A program made the position numbers and the translations under genes. Below are positions 26,801-32,000 of a stretch of DNA of 32,000 nucleotides, piece after piece. How positions within the stretch are numbered: the first letter of the stretch is position 1; each line of letters starts with the position of its first letter. Origin of the DNA: Gemmata obscuriglobus (GTDB lineage: Bacteria; Planctomycetota; Planctomycetia; Gemmatales; Gemmataceae). The stretch lies in NCBI RefSeq assembly GCF_008065095.1, contig NZ_CP042911.1:3120001-3152000 (forward strand), read 5' to 3'. Under the pieces are notes generated by a model. It made no database searches. It was not told the origin of the DNA and saw only the letters and a list, made by a program, of their open reading frames with translations.

Positions 26801-27289
26801 CTGGACGATGTTGGGGTGCCGGAGCTGGGCCAGCGCGCGCGCCTCCTGGAGGATCCGCCCCCGCGCCTCTTTGTCGCCGCGCGGCAGCACCAGCAGCATT
26901 TTCAGCGCGACCATCCGGTTCAGCGACCGCTGCCGCGCCTGGTACACGACCGCCGACCCGCCGCGGCCGAGTTCCTTGAGGATCTCGTACCCGGGGATCT
27001 CGGGCCAGATCTCGGGCTCCGGCGTTGGGGCGTTCCGACCGTCGGAAGGAGCCTCCCCGATCCGCGCGAGGAGCGGGGCGATCGAGATGACCGGGGTCGG
27101 GCAATTCAGGCCGGCGAGCAGGCGGCCGACCGGACCGCCCTCGGCGCGGGCGAGGCGATCGAGGACTCGTTCGCATGTCCGGCAGGTTTCGACGTGCGCC
27201 CCGACCGCCGCGGCATCCTCCGCGCCGAGTTGCTCGCGCAGCATCCGTTCCAGGGTCTCGGCGCCGGGGCAGTTGGTCGTCTTGAGCAT
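23804..27289 (-). CDS. Multidomain membrane Ser/Thr kinase: N-terminal ZAS-like Cys/His motif, kinase domain, TM helix, coiled coil, 14 WD40 blades
   Basis: ATG 27289 (MLKTTNCPG) lies 23 nt downstream of the sigma-factor stop. The motif C-x24-H-x3-C-x2-C includes HVETCRTC at 27173-27196. The kinase domain (GRGGSAVVYQA, ALK, HRDLKPANVLL, DFGLAK, SPE) spans about nt 26165-26992. TM helix AIAGLLLALTAVAVAGVALVVAQW lies at about 26024-26095. Fourteen (A/P)(P/D)DG...LW(D/E)-type repeats span about 23810-25717. The 210 aa N-terminal to this ATG in ORF 23804-27919 are the out-of-frame shadow of the sigma gene. Confidence 0.9.
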   Translation of the reverse strand: MLKTTNCPGAETLERMLREQLGAEDAAAVGAHVETCRTCERVLDRLARAEGGPVGRLLAGLNCPTPVISIAPLLARIGEAPSDGRNAPTPEPEIWPEIPGYEILKELGRGGSAVVYQARQRSLNRMVALKMLLVLPRGDKEARGRILQEARALAQLRHPNIVQVHDTGDHGGRPFFSLELVDGPTLAAWAGGTPQPPRTAARLVAAIARAVEYAHQNGILHRDLKPANVLLASDPSAGDPALPEVKVSDFGLAKVTHEPDPQREPLTASGLFLGTPSYTSPEQARGAGHPVGPAADVYSLGAILYELLTGRPPFRAATPLDTLLQVAHDEPVSVGRLQPRLPRDLVTICGKCLEKNPARRYPTAAALAADLRRFLKHEPIRARPVGPAGRAARWAVRRPAIAGLLLALTAVAVAGVALVVAQWREAVAARNRAEALAASEVAALADAREQNAAAVAARRQAEQAAAELLLDQSLEQCERGNVAAGLVGLRRGLERVTAAGLDALEPAFRLNIAAWSARHAAPEVSPPLGSSVTSIAFMPDGRRLLVGRWSTNAPAGPVPGQAQLWDTDGWTPASPPLVHGSPVLAVAVSPDGSQLLTAGQDGTVQLWDAKTGNPIGAKLRDLATVHAVAFAPDGRTFAAGGGAHGTNERGEIRIWETGTGRPAAPVIGQPGLVAAVAYSPDGTGLASGCALPASASGPVGGQVCLWDPKTGQQVGPTLMHAAAVRTIAFAPDGTHLVTGGENQTVLVWDRATGQRRGLPQVCPYVVLGAAHGPDGRTVLTGGGGLDHGGNCAQLWDLYSSRPLGAAMAHPGAVQAVAYRPDGRGFATGCRDGRVRLWKCDHLRPDLELPHFGFAPTVTAYSPDGKWLISAGGVPGPNGGRSRVWNAATGRPAGPELTHPDRVTAAAFAPGGDTYTVGCANGTATIHETVNGAPVGEPLTTSERLHDITYEPNGRTVVLFGPNGPVGQWSAATGQRVVSEWERGRTRPWDKLTGPDGRTVIERGPGGSALVQDVATGRPVGPELDHGGEVIRYAGFAAGGSRVYTIAGRPPFEDRCTVRLWDATTAGLVAVLPHQTAVRAVGCRSGSDLLATGGWEGDVRLWDARTGRAVGPRLPCGGNVHKVVLAPDGSAVAAVGQDRVLRVWRLPPIDFSSHPTAVPSTP

Positions 27290-27312
27290 GTATCGGTTTC
27301 TGCTGTTGGCCG

Positions 27313-27912
27313 TCAGCCGGTGTCCAGCCGGGCGATCTCGTCGCGCAGGAGCCGCTGCACTTTGCTGCGCGCCACGTACACCGTGGCCAGCTTCATCCCG
27401 AGCCGCTGGGCCACGTCCGCGCCGGGCCGCTCCTCGAGCGCGAGCAGCCGGAACGCCTCCCACGTCCGCGGTTCGACCCGGAGCCGCACCCGCGCCATCG
27501 CCTCGCGCAGCAGCTCTTCGTCGTAAGCGTCTTCCAGGCACCGGGTCAGGGTGTCGCGGGCCGCCACCTCGTCGAGCTTCTCGAACGTTGCGCTGTCGCC
27601 GGACCCGCGCCCCGGGCGCCGGTTCTTCAAATCGACGTCGTACCAGACGTGGTGGGTGACCGTCTTGAGCCACGCCCGGAAGCTCTGGGCCGGGTCGTAC
27701 TCGAAGTCCGGCAGCCGGGTGGCCATCTTCATCAGCACGGTCTGCGCCACGTCCTGGGCGTCCGCGTCCTGGAGCCCCCACCCGCGGCACCACGCCAGCA
27801 CCTTCGGCCCGTAGTGCGCGACGAACTCGGCCCACGCGTCCGGGTCGCCCGGGCGCCGGCGGAGGCGCCCGAGGAGCGTCACCCGTGTGAGTGATTCCGG
27901 GCTCCCGCTCAT
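27313..27912 (-). CDS. ECF-type RNA polymerase sigma-70 factor (planctomycete/verrucomicrobial type linked to Ser/Thr kinases)
   Basis: Region 2-like sequence: TLLGRLRRRPGDPDAWAEFVAHYGPKVLAWCRGWGLQDADAQDVAQTVLMKM...SFRAWLKTVTHH. Region 4 HTH-like sequence: ERPGADVAQRLGMKLATVYVARSKVQRLL. 199 aa in total. Confidence 0.88.
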   Translation of the reverse strand: MSGSPESLTRVTLLGRLRRRPGDPDAWAEFVAHYGPKVLAWCRGWGLQDADAQDVAQTVLMKMATRLPDFEYDPAQSFRAWLKTVTHHVWYDVDLKNRRPGRGSGDSATFEKLDEVAARDTLTRCLEDAYDEELLREAMARVRLRVEPRTWEAFRLLALEERPGADVAQRLGMKLATVYVARSKVQRLLRDEIARLDTG

Positions 27913-27952
27913 GGATCATTACTCGCCGAACGGCCGAAACCTAATTCCCACA

Positions 27953-27981
27953 TTTATACCCCCGCCCCGCGGGCCACACAA
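27953..27981 (-). promoter_or_regulatory. Candidate sigma-70-like promoter upstream of the ECF sigma gene
   Basis: On the minus strand: TTGTGT (27981-27976), a 17-nt spacer, then TATAAA (27958-27953), about 40 nt upstream of ATG 27912. This is a motif match only, and planctomycete promoter rules are poorly defined. Confidence 0.2.
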
Positions 27982-28248
27982 TCAGGGCCGTTGGCGGCTC
28001 AAGCCGGTGGATGCGGCACCCGAACCGAAACGGCCGGTCGGAGAAAAAATGTTGAAGGGCGTATTAGGTTCCGGAGTCCCCGCCAGTAATCTTCCTGACG
28101 CCGGATCCGCCCGTAGCACCTTCTCTCCTTATCTCCTCCGGGCCGCAATGTCCGTGAACGGCCGCTCGCACCGGTCGTGGGATCCGTTGCTGCGACCGAA
28201 ACCGGTTGCGGTACTCGCCGAACGCGCTTCATTCCCAGGGGAAAACAC

Positions 28249-29205
28249 GTGGCACAACTCAGGCGCCGGGACGGGTTTACGCTGATCGAGTTGCTGGTCG
28301 TCATCGCCATCATTGCCATCTTGATCGGGCTGTTGCTGCCGGCCGTCCAGAAGGTGCGCGAAGCGGCGGCGCGCATGAAGTGTCAGAACAACCTCAAGCA
28401 GGTCGCGCTCGGGCTCCACAACTATCACGACTCGAACGCCGCGTTCCCCAACCTGTACCGGATCAGCAGCGGCGGGTACACGTCGTTCATGCTGGTGCTG
28501 CTGCCGTACCTCGAGCAGCAGAACTTGTACCAGGCGGTTGTGAACAAGGCGGTGACGCCCGCGAACCAAACGGTCGGCATGAACCTGACGGACATGTCCT
28601 CTTCGACGGGGGTGTCGGCGACACCGGTTTCCGTGCTCCTGTGCCCGTCGGACGATGTCAACCCCGCGGTCGAGCCGTACAAGCCCGGATCGGTCACCAT
28701 CTATCAGGCGACGACCAGTTACAAGGGCAGCAGCGGCACCGGGACGTCCGGCGCCGACGGCGCGCTGCCCCCTCCGGGCGATGCGTCGTTTAAGCCCGTG
28801 GGGCCGGTGAAAATCGAGGCGATTACCGACGGCACGTCCTCGACCCTCCTCGTCGGCGAGTTTTCCAACCGCGACCCCAACTGGTCGAAATCGTTCTGGG
28901 GCGGATTCGGGTACCCGCTGAAGTCGTGGGGCAGCGCGTGGTCCGGAACGGGCACCTCGTGGAGCTTTGCCGGAGCCACCGGAACGTACCCGCTCAACTA
29001 CCGAGTGCCCGCCGCCGGGTCGGGGGCCGCAGCCCTTTGGGACCGAATCGTTGCGTTCGGTAGCTCGCACACCGGCGGGGCAAACATGGCCTACGCCGAC
29101 GGCTCGGTCCGGTTCCTCTCGGACGGGATCAACAACTTCTCCGGCGGCCTCGTTGCCCTCGGCACCCGGGCCGGCGGTGAAACGCTGGCCGGACTGGACT
29201 ACTGA
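28249..29205 (+). CDS. DUF1559 family protein: type IV prepilin-like N-terminus plus H-X9-DG C-terminal motif
   Basis: I prefer GTG 28249 (AGGGGAA SD) over ORF start 28177 because it gives an 8-aa leader before [32 protein letters not shown] (from nt 28273). [14 protein letters not shown] carries the H-X9-DG motif at 29068-29103. Confidence 0.9.
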   Translation: MAQLRRRDGFTLIELLVVIAIIAILIGLLLPAVQKVREAAARMKCQNNLKQVALGLHNYHDSNAAFPNLYRISSGGYTSFMLVLLPYLEQQNLYQAVVNKAVTPANQTVGMNLTDMSSSTGVSATPVSVLLCPSDDVNPAVEPYKPGSVTIYQATTSYKGSSGTGTSGADGALPPPGDASFKPVGPVKIEAITDGTSSTLLVGEFSNRDPNWSKSFWGGFGYPLKSWGSAWSGTGTSWSFAGATGTYPLNYRVPAAGSGAAALWDRIVAFGSSHTGGANMAYADGSVRFLSDGINNFSGGLVALGTRAGGETLAGLDY

Positions 29206-29216
29206 TACCACATTCA

Positions 29217-29344
29217 GTTGAAGAGTAACCGCTCGGCCGGGTGTCGGTTCCACCCGCCGGCTGACACCGGCGGTTCGACGAGCCGCGGTCGAACCGCCGG
29301 TGTCAGCCGGCGGGTGGCGCTCCCAATCACCGATACTCTTCAAC
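29217..29344. repeat. 128-nt nested palindrome: 11-bp outer arms around a perfect 30-bp inverted repeat
   Basis: Outer arms GTTGAAGAGTA (29217-29227) and TACTCTTCAAC (29334-29344). Inner arms CCACCCGCCGGCTGACACCGGCGGTTCGAC (29250-29279) and its exact reverse complement (29288-29317), with an 8-nt loop. Each 30-mer also contains its own 7-bp hairpin, CCGCCGG-CTGACA-CCGGCGG. Confidence 0.9.
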
Positions 29345-29404
29345 CGGACATCGGTGGTTTCAAGTTCGCGCGGTGCTGATGCGATCGGCTTCAGGATGCG
29401 CTGA

Positions 29405-29438
29405 GGTTCCACCCGCCGGCTGACGCAGGCGGTTCGAC
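29405..29438 (+). repeat. Solo third copy of the repeat unit
   Basis: GGTTCCACCCGCCGGCTGACGCAGGCGGTTCGAC matches 29246-29279 at 32 of 34 positions. Both mismatches fall in or next to the internal mini-hairpin. Confidence 0.85.
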
Positions 29439-29550
29439 TGTGACTTATCGAAGCAGGCAGGTGACAGGTCTCATCTGACGTTGCCCGCGCTGTCTCCGTT
29501 CATTCTCCACCCCGCCCCAAGACATCATTCTGTCCCGAGGAAGTGCTCCC

Positions 29551-30006
29551 ATGTTCCGCCGCTTGGCCTTGCTCACGGTCGGCGTTGTCACGACCGCTTT
29601 CACGGCGTGCCAGGGCCAACAGTTCCCGATGGTTCCGGTCGAGGGGGTCGTCCTCAAGGACGGCAAGCCGCTGGACAACGTGAAGGTAGAATTCCACCCG
29701 GACCGCGAGGCCGGAGTGGTCGGCCCCCGGTCGATCGGGCTCACCGACGCCTCCGGCCGGTTCCGGTTGCAGACCGACGCCGGCGACGACGGTGCGGTGG
29801 TCGGCACACACCGCGTCATTCTGGTCGATGTTGACTATCTGGAGCGCACCGCCCCGATCCCGGCGGACCACCCCATCAAACTGAAGCACAAGGACAAAGG
29901 GCCGCTCGTCAAGCGGGTGAAGGACGATTGCTCCGAGTACTACCGCACCCCCCTGCGTCAGGAAGCCAAGAAGCCCAGTTCGACGGTGACGATCGAAATC
30001 AAGTAG
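29551..30006 (+). CDS. Small lipoprotein with CarboxypepD_reg-like beta-sandwich
   Basis: GAGGAAG SD lies before ATG 29551. Signal peptide with lipobox: MFRRLALLTVGVVTTAFTAC. Then VEGVVLKDGKPLDNVKVEFHPD...GLTDASGRFRL. Confidence 0.8.
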   Translation: MFRRLALLTVGVVTTAFTACQGQQFPMVPVEGVVLKDGKPLDNVKVEFHPDREAGVVGPRSIGLTDASGRFRLQTDAGDDGAVVGTHRVILVDVDYLERTAPIPADHPIKLKHKDKGPLVKRVKDDCSEYYRTPLRQEAKKPSSTVTIEIK

Positions 30007-30045
30007 CTTGGCGGTCCGACATCAGTTCCGCGGACGGCTGGGCGC

Positions 30046-32000
30046 TCACGGCGCCCCGCCGGTGATTTGCTTGGTGACCGCTTCGCTCGATGATTCGGTT
30101 CTCGCTTCGGTCTGACCTCTCAGCTTCGTATCCGCCCCTTCCGTCAGCCACGCATCGTCCCAGAGTTCGTTCGTCCCGGTTCCGTCGCTCGCGCGCGGGA
30201 CGTACACCTTCGACCCGAACAGCAGGAACACCGCCGGGGTCACCACCTGATCCATGACGGTGGAAGTGACGAGACCACCGATGACGACCACCGCGAGCGG
30301 GTGAAGGATCTCTTTGCCCGGTTGCCCGGCGCCGAGCGCGAGCGGCACGAGCCCGATCACCGCGACGCCGGCCGTCATGAGCACCGGCGCGAGGCGCTCT
30401 AGACTGCCCCGGACGATCACCGCCTCACCGAACGTCTCGCCTTCCTCCTTCATGAGGTGGATGTAGTGGGCGATCATCATGATGCCGTTCCGGGACACGA
30501 TCCCAATGAGGGTGATGAACCCGACCCAGTGGGCCACCGAGAGCGTCGTCGCTTGCGCCCACACGGCGGGCCAGCGCCACCACGGCGCGGCGTCGAGGGC
30601 GGCACGTTCCGGCCGGTTGAGCAGCAGCAGCGCGACAACGGCCCCGAGCGCCGCCAGCGGCACGTTCACCCCGAGCACCATGAGCGCGCCGCGCCACGAG
30701 CCGAGGCAGCGGGTGAGGAGCACGAACACCCCGAACACCGCGAGCGTCCCGAGCACCAGGAGCCGCGTGTTCGCCTCCTGTTGCGCGCGGTACTGGCCGT
30801 CGTCCTCAATGCGGTAGTCGGCACCCTTCGCGCGGAGCGCTTGCTCGACGGGCTTCACGGCCCGCTGGATGTCGGCGACCACGTCCCCGAGGCTTCGCCC
30901 CTGGATGTTACAGGACACGACGATGCGGCGGGCGATGTTCTCGTGGTTGAGTGTGTTGGGGCCGGTGGTGTCGGCCACCTCGGCCACCTGGTCGAGCGCC
31001 ACCCGGCGGCCCGACGGCGTGTCGAGGATGGTACTCCCGATGACCGCCGGCGCGTTTCGGGCCGCGTCGTCGTACCAGACGACGAGGTCGAAGAAGCGCT
31101 CCCGGTCGAGCACCGTAGAGACCGCGCGGCCCTTGTAGGCGGTTTCCAGCAACCGGGCGACGTCGCCGGGGGCGAGGCCGTACCGGGCGGCCTCCTGGCG
31201 CTTCACCCGGAGCCGCACCTGCGAGATTTCCACCTGCGGTTCGACCTGTAGGTCCACCACGCCGGGGACGCCGCGCATCGCCGCCTCAATGTCCCCGGCC
31301 GCCGCCCGGAGTTCCTGGAGGTCGGGACCGAACACCTTCACCGCCACCTGCGCGCGAACGCCGCTCATGACGTGGTCGAGGCGGTGACTGATGGGCTGGC
31401 CCACGTTGGGCTTCACGTTCGGGATGCTGCTGACGCGGTCGCGGATGTCGGCCAGAACGGCTTCGTGCGGTCGGCCGGCCGTATCAATGCCCGACCGGTG
31501 TAGGCCGGGGACCGCGCGGGCCGCCGCGGCCCAGAACCCCGGCCGGGGCTGCTCGTGCGGGGCCAGTCGCACATCGAGTTCGGAGACGTTCACCCCTTCG
31601 GCGTGCTCGTCCTGCTCGGCGCGCCCGGTGCGCCGGGACACCGACACCACCTCGGGGATCTCGAGCAACCGGCCCTCGGCCAGTGCCGCCACGCGGCCGC
31701 TCTCGGCGAGGCTGGTGCCCGGCGGGGTCTGGAGGTTCACCGTGACGGTGCCCTCGTTGAACGGCGGGAGAAATTCCGATCCCATCCCGAACACGAACGC
31801 GGCGCTCGCCAGTGACAGCAGCAGCGACGCCGCGAGGATCGGCCGGGGGTGTCGGAGCGTGAACCGGAGCAGCCGCGCGTCGAGCCACTTGAGCGCACGC
31901 AGGAGGAGCGGGTCGCGGTGCTTCCGCGCTGGCCCACGGGCCAGCAAGAACGACGACAGCACCGGCGTCACCGTGAGCGACACCGCCAGGGACGCCAGGA
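30046..32000 (-). CDS. RND efflux transporter permease (CusA/CzcA/AcrB superfamily), C-terminal ~650 aa; 5' part outside the window
   Basis: The frame is open to the window end. Sequences SLTVTPVLSSFLLARG...RFTLRHP, periplasmic loop segments and the last TM bundle (LVLGTLAVFGVFVLL, VPLAALGAVVALLL, GFITLIGIVSRNGIMMI, PVLMTAGVAVIGLVPLAL, LAVVVIGGLVTSTVMDQVVTPAVF) are typical of RND pumps. Confidence 0.88.
   Translation of the reverse strand, partial: LASLAVSLTVTPVLSSFLLARGPARKHRDPLLLRALKWLDARLLRFTLRHPRPILAASLLLSLASAAFVFGMGSEFLPPFNEGTVTVNLQTPPGTSLAESGRVAALAEGRLLEIPEVVSVSRRTGRAEQDEHAEGVNVSELDVRLAPHEQPRPGFWAAAARAVPGLHRSGIDTAGRPHEAVLADIRDRVSSIPNVKPNVGQPISHRLDHVMSGVRAQVAVKVFGPDLQELRAAAGDIEAAMRGVPGVVDLQVEPQVEISQVRLRVKRQEAARYGLAPGDVARLLETAYKGRAVSTVLDRERFFDLVVWYDDAARNAPAVIGSTILDTPSGRRVALDQVAEVADTTGPNTLNHENIARRIVVSCNIQGRSLGDVVADIQRAVKPVEQALRAKGADYRIEDDGQYRAQQEANTRLLVLGTLAVFGVFVLLTRCLGSWRGALMVLGVNVPLAALGAVVALLLLNRPERAALDAAPWWRWPAVWAQATTLSVAHWVGFITLIGIVSRNGIMMIAHYIHLMKEEGETFGEAVIVRGSLERLAPVLMTAGVAVIGLVPLALGAGQPGKEILHPLAVVVIGGLVTSTVMDQVVTPAVFLLFGSKVYVPRASDGTGTNELWDDAWLTEGADTKLRGQTEARTESSSEAVTKQITGGAP

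Noticed and set aside
23744-27659. Plus-strand ORFs 23744-25513, 25553-26566, 26627-27526 and 26808-27659, and minus-strand ORF 25809-27176
   Set aside because: They are shadows of the kinase-WD40 and sigma genes, with R/G/P-rich products and no motifs.
27290-27919. N-terminal 210 aa of the 1371-aa ORF 23804-27919
   Set aside because: This part overlaps the ECF sigma gene out of frame and is R/P/G-rich. The recognisable protein begins at ATG 27289 (MLKTTNCPG), 23 nt after the sigma stop.
28129-29412. 427-aa minus-strand ORF opposite the DUF1559 gene
   Set aside because: It has no recognisable motif and runs through the palindromic repeat region. The plus-strand frame has unmistakable prepilin and H-X9-DG signatures.
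29246-29438. Possible CRISPR array or tRNA fragment, given three copies of a ~34-nt unit and a GGTTCGA T-loop-like string
   Set aside because: The copies are in mixed orientation (+, -, +) with irregular spacing of 8 and 87 nt, and no cas genes are present. No acceptor or anticodon arms can be built around the GGTTCGA string, so it is neither a CRISPR array nor a tRNA.
30046-32000. RND pump as the type I secretion partner for the RTX-repeat protein
   Set aside because: RND permeases are not T1SS ABC exporters. The gene is 21 kb away on the opposite strand, and no MFP/OMF gene is visible in the window.

Overview
Very GC-rich bacterial chromosomal window with Planctomycetota (Gemmata-like) hallmarks. 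These are a DUF1559 / H-X9-DG prepilin-like protein, giant secreted proteins opening with an R-rich ...LEDR(L/F)xP N-terminus, several Hanks-type Ser/Thr kinases, and an ECF sigma factor paired with a kinase-WD40 protein. Gene order on the + strand unless marked: Ser/Thr kinase with a beta-rich outer domain (1-2364, probably 5'-truncated by the window edge); a ~2050-aa mosaic secreted protein with PA14, Calx-beta, 4 CBM-like modules, a GH10 catalytic domain, 3 PKD-like repeats and RTX repeats (2552-8704); a frameshifted fragment of a small conserved module (8829-9031); a single-domain CheY-like regulator (9033-9470); a beta-helix / FG-GAP propeller protein (9513-11978, -); a small 2-TM protein carrying the intact copy of the module (12244-12786); a NarL-type regulator and a soluble REC-PAS-HisKA_3 kinase (12805-14846, -). 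Divergent from these lies a Tad/Flp-type pilus core operon, cpaE-cpaF-tadB-tadC plus two TadE-like and one TadG-like protein (15061-22066), followed on the same strand by another Ser/Thr kinase (22102-23721). Then come an ECF sigma factor and a downstream ZAS-like/kinase/TM/14-blade WD40 protein (23804-27912, -); a DUF1559 prepilin-like protein (28249-29205); a nested palindromic repeat cluster (29217-29438); a small lipoprotein (29551-30006); and the 3' part of an RND efflux pump (30046-32000, -). I recognised no rRNA, tRNA, CRISPR array, transposase or integrase. Most long ORFs on the six-frame track are R/P/G-rich shadow ORFs of these genes, as expected in high-GC DNA. Most worth following up: (i) a duplicated His-less, ATPase-less DHp-like module sitting next to response regulators; (ii) a Tad core operon with no pilin, peptidase or secretin, bracketed by a two-component system and a Ser/Thr kinase; (iii) the ECF sigma / ZAS-kinase-WD40 pair; (iv) the shared non-Sec-like N-terminal motif of the two giant proteins; (v) the nested 128-nt palindrome plus a solo third copy. 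All domain calls come from reading motifs by eye; no database search was run.
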